A DNA stretch of 64,000 nucleotides, from contig CAZPRK010000003.1 of the NCBI GenBank assembly GCA_964589485.1, positions 1-64,000 on the forward strand, given 5' to 3'. Source of the stretch: an uncultured Methanosarcinales archaeon (GTDB taxonomy: Archaea; Nanobdellota; Nanobdellia; Woesearchaeales; CAYSVS01). Below are positions 1-8,892 of the stretch, piece after piece (within the stretch, counting starts at the first letter, position 1; every line of letters starts with the position of its first letter). Position numbers and translations under genes: made by a program. The notes below the pieces were generated by a model. That model made no database searches. It had not been told where the DNA came from and saw only the letters and a list, made by a program, of their open reading frames with translations.

Positions 1-28
1 TAACCTAAAACAAACTTAGGACACTTTT

Positions 29-184
29 CTATTTAACTGTCAAACTTGGGTTATATACTTTAATTTGATCTTTTTTAATCCAATCGCTAGGACTTGGTTT
101 TTCTCTTTCTGAACTTACATCTAAACTAATCCAACCTATAGCTAAGATACTCACTAAAATTAAACTTAATGCTATTTTTTTCAA
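29..184 (-). CDS. short ORF (51 aa, TTG start) with signal/TM segment, possibly a truncated gene
   Basis: Translated by hand: LKKIALSLILVSILAIGWISLDVSSEREKPSPSDWIKKDQIKVYNPSLTVK*; starts 2 nt after the stop of 187..447; below the ORF track cutoff. Confidence 0.35.
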   Translation of the reverse strand: MKKIALSLILVSILAIGWISLDVSSEREKPSPSDWIKKDQIKVYNPSLTVK

Positions 185-186
185 TT

Positions 187-447
187 CTACTCACTCGTTT
201 TTTTAAAATATTCATCAGTTAATCTAATATCTTTGGAAATAACCCTGTATGTTTGGTTTGGTTTAAAAGTTCCATCTAAATTTGATTTTTCTAAAGGATC
301 ACCATATTGACAAATTGCTACAAAGCCTTTTGCATGCATATCATTAGCCAATTCTTCCTTTGTCACCGTATCAGATATTTCTCTATTTGTAAACACCGGA
401 GTAATCCCTGCTGCCAGACGTACATCATATTTGAAACTTACATTCAT
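187..447 (-). CDS. hypothetical protein
   Basis: 86-aa ORF with an AGGTGA SD-like motif upstream (tcacct at about 455-460). Confidence 0.6.
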   Translation of the reverse strand: MNVSFKYDVRLAAGITPVFTNREISDTVTKEELANDMHAKGFVAICQYGDPLEKSNLDGTFKPNQTYRVISKDIRLTDEYFKKTSE

Positions 448-582
448 ATTATAATCACCTTTTAATTTTATTATAAGAATAATAACCCAGTATTTAAACT
501 TTTCGCCACTTGTAAGTAGTACTTATTTACTTTCAATATTGCAAATAATTAAGTATTTAAAACACTGCAATTAATAAACAAT

Positions 583-1377
583 ATGAGCTGGAAAATAACT
601 CAAATTCCTAAAACATTACCCAAATTAAAAGACCCTGTTCTAATAGAAGGTTTACCTGGAATTGGAAATGTTGGTAAAATTACTGTTGATTTCATCAAAG
701 AAGAACTAAAAGCAGAAAAATTATATGATTTATTTTCTAACCATTTTCCGCATTCTGTCTTTGTAAATGATAAAAACATTGTTGAATTACCAACAATTGA
801 AATTTATTATGCGAAAACTAAGAACAAAAATGATTTAATTCTGTTAGTAGGAGATGTTCAACCAATAGATGAAGTAAGCAGTTATGATTTTTGTGATGCA
901 GTTTTAAATATTTGTGAAACTTTAAAGTGTAAAGAAATAATTACTTTAGGCGGAATAGGGTTACAAACAATGCCTGAAACTCCAAAATTATATTGTACTT
1001 CTAACGATAAAGAAATAACTAATAAGTATAGTAAAGATACTAAGATGTCTACTAAAATATATGGAATAGTTGGACCAATTGTTGGTGTAACTGGGTTATT
1101 AGTTGGATTATCTAAAAAAAGAAATATGCAAGGAATTGCCATACTATCAGAAACATTCGCACATCCGATGTATTTAGGTATAAGAGGAAGTAAAGAAATT
1201 TTAAAAATATTAGATAAAAAACTAAACTTAAATTTAAACATGAATAAATTAGAAAGTGAAATTAAAAAAATTGAAACTGAAAGTGTAAAAAAAGTAAGTG
1301 AACTTAGCAACGCATCTAGAGAAAATGCTTTAAATAAAATTAATAGAAAAATTAATAATACAGATTATATAGGTTAA
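583..1377 (+). CDS. PAC2 family proteasome assembly chaperone
   Basis: LIEGLPGIGNVGKI, GDVQP, IITLGG and GPIVGVTGLL motifs typical of archaeal PAC2 proteins. Confidence 0.9.
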   Translation: MSWKITQIPKTLPKLKDPVLIEGLPGIGNVGKITVDFIKEELKAEKLYDLFSNHFPHSVFVNDKNIVELPTIEIYYAKTKNKNDLILLVGDVQPIDEVSSYDFCDAVLNICETLKCKEIITLGGIGLQTMPETPKLYCTSNDKEITNKYSKDTKMSTKIYGIVGPIVGVTGLLVGLSKKRNMQGIAILSETFAHPMYLGIRGSKEILKILDKKLNLNLNMNKLESEIKKIETESVKKVSELSNASRENALNKINRKINNTDYIG

Positions 1378-2015
1378 TGTATAACTGATTGTAAAATATA
1401 ATTTGAAATATTTTCCACTTCTTCATGATCTAAACAAGTTATAATTTCACTAGCTAAAGGGTAATTCATAAATTTATTTAATGCCTTATTTTTAAATAAT
1501 TCTTCTGATATTTTTTGTACCATTTCAAAATCCCCTTTATCTGAAAAATATACTACCGCATCTAAACATAAATCTAATCTATCCGGAGAAATGTTAATAG
1601 CTTCCAAAACCCATTGTGAAAATAAATCACTATAATCCTTACCAGAATCATTTAAATGTTCTAACTCACTTCTATAATTTAAAACAAATGAAATATAATT
1701 AACTAAATTCTTTCTATCTTTAACAAAAATATCAAGTTTATCCTCAACACTATATAAAAAAACTTCCAAATCTTCACTATGGGGATATAATTTTACAGCT
1801 TCAGTTGCCAAATAGTTTAAAGAAATATCATCTTCAATCTCATAAGCTTCATGCATTTGTTCAAGAAAATAATCTAAAGTTTGTTCAATATGTTCTTTAA
1901 CTTTAGGATCGTTAGGATATTTATTTTTAATTTCCTTTAAAATAATCAAATAATCTCTAAATTTAAAATCTTCAAGCATGTTACTTAAACTTTTTAAAGT
2001 ATTTTCTAAACTCAT
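1374..2015 (-). CDS. hypothetical acidic alpha-helical protein
   Basis: 213-aa ORF; ATGA overlap with the upstream asnB-dph6 fusion. Confidence 0.65.
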   Translation of the reverse strand: MSLENTLKSLSNMLEDFKFRDYLIILKEIKNKYPNDPKVKEHIEQTLDYFLEQMHEAYEIEDDISLNYLATEAVKLYPHSEDLEVFLYSVEDKLDIFVKDRKNLVNYISFVLNYRSELEHLNDSGKDYSDLFSQWVLEAINISPDRLDLCLDAVVYFSDKGDFEMVQKISEELFKNKALNKFMNYPLASEIITCLDHEEVENISNYILQSVIH

Positions 2016-4063
2016 TCTAATTCATTTATAACATACTTCCCGCAATAGTTATTCTCCATAATTATTTCTGCATCTTTTATTATCAATTCATTATTAAATA
2101 AAGGACAATCTAAAACTAAGCTTTCAGCTTCTCCTCCTTCAAAAGCAATATTAAGTCCGTTCTTTTTATTTATTTTTATTAATTTATCTATTTCTTTATT
2201 TGAAATTTCTTTTCCTAACCAACTTTTATCTAATCCATCTGCAGCTATACTACTAATAATAAATTTAAAGTTATTTTTAATTAAACTTCTCATTAATAAT
2301 TCTTGATCCATGTGCCATAATGGACAAAAATTCTTTAATCCTAATTCATCACAAATTTTATCAATCCTATCTCTTTGATATGAACTAAATAATGCTCCAG
2401 TAACAACTCCATCCACATTATATTTTTCTTTTGCCAATAAAAGTGCTTTTTTTAAATCTTCTAATTCTATTTCTTTTTCTCCTTTAGTTTCAAACTGTAT
2501 TAAAGGAATGTTCATTTTTTCTGCTTGATTAACAGTTAAATCAATATTTGGCGTATGAAACATATAACTATCAGGATTTAAACTTTTAATTGAAATTAAA
2601 CAAGATAATTCATAGTTCATTTTATACATAGTATAAGCAGCAAAAGTGCTATCTTTCCCTCCACTAAATAAAACTGCTAACTTTTGATTAGGAATTTCAT
2701 AATATTGCTTTAAATATTCTGCTTTAGAAATATCACCAGATAACTTAGATAATGCTTTATCAAATTTACTTCCATATTGAGCTGCAACTTTTTTTCTAAA
2801 TGCAAATTTATGATCTAAACCTAGCTTAGAAGAAGCTTTTCTTAATATTAATTTACTTTCATTTTCATCTAACTTATATTTAGTAGGAATTTTTAATGAA
2901 TATTCTATTAAATCTAAATCTAAAAAAGGACTTCTTAATTCTTGTCCATGAAACATAGTAATAACATCATCTCTATATGCATCCCTTTCATATATTTTTA
3001 ATAACCCAGATAAACATTCCTTATTAACATAAGAAGTCATCCTATGCCTTTCATAGCCTGCAAAAAGTTCTTCACTTCCTATCCCTGAAAAAATAACTTT
3101 AACTCCATCTTTTTGAGCTTCTTCGCAGGCCGCAAACATAGTTAAACCTACGCCAACCTTAACCACAGTATTAGATTCAATTAAAGGACATAGAATTTTT
3201 AATTTTTGTTTAACTTCTTCCAAACTTAATGTTGCTATTTTTAAATTTAAATTATATTTTTCAGCAATTTCTCTAGAAAATTCTAAATCTGAACTTACGC
3301 TGAAATTACCACCTTCTAAAGCTGCAGTATAACAAACAAAATCTAACCCCATTTGTTTACAAATATATGCTATCAAAGTAGAATCAATTCCTCCTGAAAA
3401 TAAAATACCAAACTTAGATTTTGGAATCCTTTTCTTAATAGCGTTTTTAATTTTTATAATTAAAGTTTGAATTATTTCTTCTTCACTTTCAGTTAATTCC
3501 TCACCTAATTCGAAAAAAGGTCTTTTTCTTTTTTTAAGTTCTTTAGAATCTATATTGTATTCTAAAATAATCCTTGGATTAAGTTCTTCAACCATATAAT
3601 GTTTATCTTTCGGAAGACAAGCTAAAAGAACTTTCTTTTCAGAAGCAAAATGTAATTCAGTATCATAATAATAAAATAAAGGTTTTTCTCCAATTATATC
3701 TCTTGCAAGAAATAATTTATTACCTTTCCAATAAGCTAAAGCATAAACTCCATCTAATTTAGGCAAAACATCTTCAATTTTTTCATTTTCCAATAAATTA
3801 AATAATAATTCTGCGTCATTTCTGGAATTAAATGTATCTAATTCTTTCCAATTATAGATTTCACAATTTGTTGTTAATTGTCCTTTTCCTTGAAAAGGTT
3901 GATTTACTCTATTAACTACTGCATGTAAAGTATGGCAAATGAAATTTTCATGATCTCCTTGTATTCCATGTCCATCTCTTCCCCTTGATTTTAATAAATC
4001 TACTTGTTTATTAACTACATCCTTTGCATTCTTTGCATTAAAGACTCCACCTATTCCGCACAT
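2012..4063 (-). CDS. asparagine synthetase B-like glutamine amidotransferase fused to diphthine--ammonia ligase (Dph6)
   Basis: N-terminal MCGIGG (Ntn Cys), NCEIYN, ARDIIGEKPLFY, PP-loop LFSGGIDS, ELFAGY; C-terminal ~225 aa has LFSGGKDS, SYMFH, GALFSSYQ, PLW, EGGEAES (Dph6). Confidence 0.9.
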   Translation of the reverse strand: MCGIGGVFNAKNAKDVVNKQVDLLKSRGRDGHGIQGDHENFICHTLHAVVNRVNQPFQGKGQLTTNCEIYNWKELDTFNSRNDAELLFNLLENEKIEDVLPKLDGVYALAYWKGNKLFLARDIIGEKPLFYYYDTELHFASEKKVLLACLPKDKHYMVEELNPRIILEYNIDSKELKKRKRPFFELGEELTESEEEIIQTLIIKIKNAIKKRIPKSKFGILFSGGIDSTLIAYICKQMGLDFVCYTAALEGGNFSVSSDLEFSREIAEKYNLNLKIATLSLEEVKQKLKILCPLIESNTVVKVGVGLTMFAACEEAQKDGVKVIFSGIGSEELFAGYERHRMTSYVNKECLSGLLKIYERDAYRDDVITMFHGQELRSPFLDLDLIEYSLKIPTKYKLDENESKLILRKASSKLGLDHKFAFRKKVAAQYGSKFDKALSKLSGDISKAEYLKQYYEIPNQKLAVLFSGGKDSTFAAYTMYKMNYELSCLISIKSLNPDSYMFHTPNIDLTVNQAEKMNIPLIQFETKGEKEIELEDLKKALLLAKEKYNVDGVVTGALFSSYQRDRIDKICDELGLKNFCPLWHMDQELLMRSLIKNNFKFIISSIAADGLDKSWLGKEISNKEIDKLIKINKKNGLNIAFEGGEAESLVLDCPLFNNELIIKDAEIIMENNYCGKYVINELE

Positions 4064-4159
4064 TTTAGGAAGTCAAGAATAGAAGTTTATAAAGGTTTAT
4101 GAGGGAAGTTAAATTTAAAATAAATTCGCATTTTTATATTTGAAACTAATAAGTAATTT

Positions 4160-4984
4160 CTAGTTAACTAACTTTTTTTTCTTTTCAGTTACAGAAAGAT
4201 AATTTTGATCATTGATTATAGGCTTTCCAATTCTTTTTTCAGCATCTTTTCGTGCATTGCCAGCTACATCTCCACCAGCTTTTGCAGCATCTTTATTTTC
4301 ATCGAAACCTTGTGCATCTTTAGTCCTAGTAATTTCTGTAGAAACTCTTTCTCCTAACATTGAAAAAATAAGTTCTAAGTCATTCATATGATCTCTAAGA
4401 TTTTCACTTTTGAGACCTTTATGATTTTTATATTCATTAGGAGTCATTCCAAAAGTTGCCTTACTTATCTCGGATGTTAAAATTGAATATTCTTTTTGTG
4501 TTTTTACTCCTCTATTACTCCACTCTTCAGTTAACTCATCTCTAATTGCTATCCCACGAACTCGTTTTTCTATCCAATCATCAGAATACCCTTTAGCTTT
4601 ATAAATTTCTTTCATTCGCTTTTGAGCCAATTCAGGATCTTCAATTTCTTGAACTCTCTGATAACCCACTTTAGCCAACCAACGTTTAAACGGCTCTGCT
4701 TTACGAGATGGAACAGACTGAATTATTCTAAAGAGAGATTCTGTGTTGGCGCAGTCCGTAATATAGAATTTATCATCTGTAGAGGTTAATTTCAGTTGTA
4801 CACAAAATGTGGACAACTCAACTTCATGCTCTGCTTCCCTTTTTTTAAGCATACTCCAATAATTTCTAGGGTTTGGTGAACCCGTTAAAGCTTGTACTAC
4901 ATCAATAACTGAGTAATACCATTCTTCTTTATGCCAAATTCTTCTGATTTTTTTATCTTCAAATACAACAAGTGCTTTATTCAT
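4160..4984 (-). CDS. Bro-N domain (phage antirepressor-like) protein
   Basis: N-terminal FEDKKIRRIW..EWYYSVIDVV..LT...NPRNYW; RIIQSVPSRKAEPFKRWLA. Confidence 0.8.
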   Translation of the reverse strand: MNKALVVFEDKKIRRIWHKEEWYYSVIDVVQALTGSPNPRNYWSMLKKREAEHEVELSTFCVQLKLTSTDDKFYITDCANTESLFRIIQSVPSRKAEPFKRWLAKVGYQRVQEIEDPELAQKRMKEIYKAKGYSDDWIEKRVRGIAIRDELTEEWSNRGVKTQKEYSILTSEISKATFGMTPNEYKNHKGLKSENLRDHMNDLELIFSMLGERVSTEITRTKDAQGFDENKDAAKAGGDVAGNARKDAEKRIGKPIINDQNYLSVTEKKKKLVN

Positions 4985-5051
4985 TTTATTATATAGAATA
5001 CAATAACTCCTTTATATATCTCACGCGTATCTGTCCAGTGTGTCTAGTGGT

Positions 5052-5393
5052 TTATTCTCTCCCATAATCATCTTCAATTCTAACAATATCATCTTCATCA
5101 AATTCACCAAAAGAAATTTCTAAGATAGTTAAACTATCATCTTTAGTAAATATCCTATGCTTTGTTTCTTTAGGAATAAAGAATTCATCTCCTTTTTTAA
5201 CTTGAATTTCTTTATCATTCAAAATAATAAAACCATTACCATCAACAACTCTCCAAAATTCATCTCTTTTATGATGAAATTGATAAGATAACTTAGAATT
5301 TGGTTTTACATTAAGTAATTTCACAGTAGAAATTTGATTATCGGTAAATCTTTCAAAGTTTCCCCATGGTCTTTGTTCAATATATTTGTCCAT
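5052..5393 (-). CDS. mannose-6-phosphate isomerase type II C-terminal cupin
   Basis: RPWG, LSYQFHHKRDEFW, KHRI, EDDIVRIEDDYGR motifs. Confidence 0.88.
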   Translation of the reverse strand: MDKYIEQRPWGNFERFTDNQISTVKLLNVKPNSKLSYQFHHKRDEFWRVVDGNGFIILNDKEIQVKKGDEFFIPKETKHRIFTKDDSLTILEISFGEFDEDDIVRIEDDYGRE

Positions 5394-5477
5394 ATAATGT
5401 GAAAAAGTAATGCATTATAATAAATTTATGATATTAAAACATAAACTTTTTTAAATAAACTCTAATTCAGACCAATA

Positions 5478-6134
5478 ATGAAATCAGTATTCCTAGAAGC
5501 AAGGTGTGATGAAATATTCGTATTAGAAAATTTTGAACATTTGCCAAAAACAATTGGACTTTGTGGCAGTATTCAATTTCTTAATTCAATTGAACCAATA
5601 AAAAAACAATTAGAAGAAAGTGGAAGAGAAGTTAAATTAATTCAAGGAAGACATTCTAAACATATGGGTCAAATTTTAGGTTGTGATGTTTTACATGGAA
5701 TGGAAAATCTAAATGTTGAAGCTTTTTTATACATTGGAGATGGAGTTTTTCATCCGAAAGCTATCATTCTAAGAAATGAAATTGATGTTTTTTGTTATGA
5801 TCCATTTACAAAACAAATGAAACAACTTGCAGATTTTGAAAAGTTAAAAAAAATGCAAAAAGTAAGTATATCTAAATTTCACATGAGCGATGAAATAGGA
5901 ATTATAGTTACAATTAAACCAGGACAAAATCAAATAAGAAAAGCAGAAGTAGTTCAAGAAAAATATAAAGATAAAAAAAATATTTACATGTTTTTATGTG
6001 ATAACGTTGAATTTAATCAATTTGAGAACTTTCCATTTATTCAATGTTGGGTTAATACTGCATGCCCAAGAATAAGTTATGATGATATGATGGAAAGAAC
6101 TTTACCAATTGTTGATGCAGACGATATAATTTAG
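5478..6134 (+). CDS. dph2: diphthamide biosynthesis protein Dph2-like (short form)
   Basis: GQILGCD, YIGDGVFHP, KPGQ, NTACPRI motifs. Confidence 0.85.
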   Translation: MKSVFLEARCDEIFVLENFEHLPKTIGLCGSIQFLNSIEPIKKQLEESGREVKLIQGRHSKHMGQILGCDVLHGMENLNVEAFLYIGDGVFHPKAIILRNEIDVFCYDPFTKQMKQLADFEKLKKMQKVSISKFHMSDEIGIIVTIKPGQNQIRKAEVVQEKYKDKKNIYMFLCDNVEFNQFENFPFIQCWVNTACPRISYDDMMERTLPIVDADDII

Positions 6135-6262
6135 ATTTTATTAGTTTTAGTATTTTCTGCCCAAGTTTGTCTCATAGAAATTCTACAATCAAAACAATAT
6201 TTTCTCATCGGTGAATAACTTTTCACTTCAATCCCGCAATTAATACAACTTCTAAGATCCAT
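6131..6262 (-). CDS. small zinc-finger protein (43 aa)
   Basis: Translated by hand: MDLRSCINCGIEVKSYSPMRKYCFDCRISMRQTWAENTKTNKI*; two CxxC pairs; TATA-like ttataa about 25 nt upstream. Confidence 0.6.
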   Translation of the reverse strand: MDLRSCINCGIEVKSYSPMRKYCFDCRISMRQTWAENTKTNKI

Positions 6263-6292
6263 GAAAAAGTAAAGTAAAGCAAACTTATAAAG

Positions 6293-6745
6293 CTAACTAC
6301 ATTTATTTACAAAAGTAGACAAAGAATTTGAAAATATTTTAGCAGTTAATACAACAATATCTTTTTGTTGTTTAGAAATATCTGATAATTTATTTATTTC
6401 ATGATTTAATTTCATACCTTTAGATTTTTTTTTAACATCTTTAACCATATTGTCGAAAGAAGATACTTGTTTTACTATATTACTTAACCTAATAACTTTT
6501 GATAACTTAACTAAAATTTGTTTTGATGCAACTTTATCTTCACTCAACATAGAAATTTTCAATAAAGATAAATAATGTATATAACTTGGCAAACTTTCTA
6601 ATAAAATACTTTTTTCTTTTAATTCAGATAAAGTAAAATACAAATCTAAATTATTTTTACTTAACTTTAAAATTGAATCAATTATTTTTTCAGAGTTTTC
6701 AACTTCTTCAATTTTATTCTTTAAGTTCCTTATTGAGTGACTCAT
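6293..6745 (-). CDS. hypothetical protein
   Basis: 150-aa ORF overlapping the end of the upstream gene. Confidence 0.6.
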   Translation of the reverse strand: MSHSIRNLKNKIEEVENSEKIIDSILKLSKNNLDLYFTLSELKEKSILLESLPSYIHYLSLLKISMLSEDKVASKQILVKLSKVIRLSNIVKQVSSFDNMVKDVKKKSKGMKLNHEINKLSDISKQQKDIVVLTAKIFSNSLSTFVNKCS

Positions 6746-7472
6746 CTTTCAATACAATAATATTACCTCTTCCTTTTTTAATTTTATCTATAGTTCCCTT
6801 ATGAACCAATTCTGCAACAACTAGACTAATTTTTGCTTCTGAGCTAGTAATATTTTTTCTAATTTCCTTTTGAGTTGTACTTCCACCTTGATCTTTAATA
6901 AAATTAATAATTTGTTCTACTAAAGATTCATGAAAACTTTTTTCATCCTTTATTTCAGGTTTAACTTCATCTTCCTCTGCCTCATAACCAACTGAAACTT
7001 GTGGTTGATTAACAGTACTATATACTACAAATTGTTTATTTTTTCTATAATATATAAAATAACCTAAAGCAACTAGAATTATTAATAATAAGAAAACTAA
7101 AGTAATTTCCAATAAATAACTTTCTTCTTTTAAGTCTAACTTTGTTACTTCATTTTCAATAATTGGAAGTAAAACTAAATCTAACTTATAAAAACCTTTA
7201 TCATTATTAATTAAAATAGGTTCATTTGAACTAGAATGAAGTACTTGATTCTCATAATAATCTGCTTTTATTGTATAATTTCCAGTTGGTAAAGAAAATT
7301 CATAATTTCCATTCTCGGCTATTATTGCTTGCTTAGGATTACTGTTAACCGTTACTATGACATGTGACTTTTTATCAAGAGACATATCATACACGGATCC
7401 TCTAATTAAAGCACCTGACACAAATGAACTAAATAGTATCAAAAATAAAATTATGAATAGTAATTTCTTCAT
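6714..7472 (-). CDS. membrane-anchored regulator: extracellular beta domain, TM helix, C-terminal winged HTH
   Basis: Signal peptide MKKLLFIILF (start 7472 with AGGTGA SD), carboxypeptidase-regulatory-like segment GNYEFSLPTGNYTIKA, TM helix, C-terminal GGSTTQKEIRK..SEAKISL..ELVHKGTIDKIKKGRGNII. Confidence 0.8.
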   Translation of the reverse strand: MKKLLFIILFLILFSSFVSGALIRGSVYDMSLDKKSHVIVTVNSNPKQAIIAENGNYEFSLPTGNYTIKADYYENQVLHSSSNEPILINNDKGFYKLDLVLLPIIENEVTKLDLKEESYLLEITLVFLLLIILVALGYFIYYRKNKQFVVYSTVNQPQVSVGYEAEEDEVKPEIKDEKSFHESLVEQIINFIKDQGGSTTQKEIRKNITSSEAKISLVVAELVHKGTIDKIKKGRGNIIVLKDESLNKELKE

Positions 7473-7539
7473 TTTCACCTTAGAATCGCAATCCAAGTAT
7501 TTAAATCTTTTTATTTGTTAAAAAAAAGCAAAATAAGGC

Positions 7540-7574
7540 TCCGTAAAGTGTTAAACTACTTCGTAAAGTTTTAA
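7540..7574. promoter_or_regulatory. 15-bp imperfect direct repeat, putative operator
   Basis: TCCGTAAAGTGTTAA (7540-7554) and TTCGTAAAGTTTTAA (7560-7574), 13/15 identical, 20-bp period, upstream of TATA tttataaa (7597-7604). Confidence 0.5.
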
Positions 7575-7644
7575 TGGAAAATAAATAGAAAGTATCTTTA
7601 TAAAGAACTTGTGACACTTTAATAACTGCAAAGATAACTTTTGT

Positions 7645-7682
7645 ACCCTTTGGGCGAAGGGTTTTTATTTTTTTTATTTTTT
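7645..7682 (+). terminator. terminator-like hairpin plus T-tract in a 5' leader
   Basis: ACCCTTT-GGGC-GAAGGGT stem-loop followed by an almost pure ~20-nt T run. Confidence 0.5.
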
Positions 7683-7694
7683 GGAGAAATTAAT

Positions 7695-8858
7695 ATGAAT
7701 AAAAAATTCTTAATTATTACGATTTTCTTAATATTGCTTATTCCAGTAAACGGCCAAGAAATAGAAAAATGTACAAATAAGTTACTAGAAAAGTATCCAA
7801 GAATGGTCAAAGAAAGAGCAATTAAAGAATGCCAAGCTGTAATTTCTAAAATCAATACTAGCTTAATAATAAATGAAAATAGCCCAATTAAAGGTAAAAA
7901 TTCAATTAAAGCAGGGAAAGATATAATTAATAAAATAAATAATTCAATCATCATTTCAAAATTAAGTAGAGCTGAAATCCAGTACATTCTTGATAAAGAC
8001 CTGTCTAATCTCGAAATATACTATTTTATTAAAGAAAAAGAACAATTTAGAGAGAATTCATTATTAAAAAATAATATTAATTTATCAAAAATATCAAAAG
8101 CCAGAAAAGAATATTTTAAAGCAGATAATCTTATGAAAAACAGTAAAAATAAGTATATGAATAGTAGAAATAACTTGCAAGAAAACAAAAAAAAATTAGT
8201 ATATTGTAAAGAATGTAAAGATATTAAAATTGAAATAAGAACCAATTACAAAAACATATTATTATATTATATTGACCAAATACATTCAATCGTAAAAAAA
8301 TCACAATCAAGAATCAATACTAATTCTAACTTTAAAGAAGAAGAAAGATTAAAATTATCAAATGAAGCAGAAAGTTTACTAAAACAGATAGAGCTTAATA
8401 GAAACGAAATAGAATCATCAGTAAATAAATTAGAATTATTTAAATCAAAAAATAATTCAATAAAAACTTGGAAAAAAGTAAAAGAAAAAATAATTCACTT
8501 CTCACAACAGTCTGTAATAAAAAAATTATCCGAAGTTATAGTAAGAGCTGAAAGACTTGAACCAAGATTAGACTTAATTTTATTTAACATAAAACAAAAA
8601 CAAGTAGATCTAAAAATAGATGATGAACTTAGTTCATTTAGTATGAATACATTTTTAGCTAAACAAGAACTACAAAAACAAAATATTACTCAAAATAGCC
8701 TAATTATTAGTAATAAGTATATAATAGCTGCACACAAGGATTTAACAAATATTCTAAAAATACTTAACCTTAACAAAATAGCTAGTAAAGAATTAGAAAA
8801 AACCGATGAAGAGCTAGAAGTTACTGAAACTGCCTATATATCTTTACAAGAACAGTAA
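7695..8858 (+). CDS. secreted coiled-coil hypothetical protein
   Basis: Start moved to MNKKFLIITIFLILLIPVNG (signal peptide; GGAGA SD at 7683); K/E/N-rich helical body. Confidence 0.7.
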   Translation: MNKKFLIITIFLILLIPVNGQEIEKCTNKLLEKYPRMVKERAIKECQAVISKINTSLIINENSPIKGKNSIKAGKDIINKINNSIIISKLSRAEIQYILDKDLSNLEIYYFIKEKEQFRENSLLKNNINLSKISKARKEYFKADNLMKNSKNKYMNSRNNLQENKKKLVYCKECKDIKIEIRTNYKNILLYYIDQIHSIVKKSQSRINTNSNFKEEERLKLSNEAESLLKQIELNRNEIESSVNKLELFKSKNNSIKTWKKVKEKIIHFSQQSVIKKLSEVIVRAERLEPRLDLILFNIKQKQVDLKIDDELSSFSMNTFLAKQELQKQNITQNSLIISNKYIIAAHKDLTNILKILNLNKIASKELEKTDEELEVTETAYISLQEQ

Positions 8859-8892
8859 CTTTTTTAAACAGAATAAGAATTTTAATTATAAA

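Noticed and set aside
882..1310. 142-aa antisense ORF and similar shadow ORFs (e.g. 7619-7987, 13697-14053, 24880-25230, 27401-27748, 31911-32405, 47900-48268, 54102-54434)
   Set aside because: They lie opposite well-supported genes and have the F/S/L/I-rich composition expected from the reverse strand of AT-rich coding DNA
7641..7694. ORF-track N-terminal extensions (7641, 7496, 17595, 19570, 41258, 50630, 60565)
   Set aside because: Downstream ATGs fit SD position, signal peptides or family N-termini better
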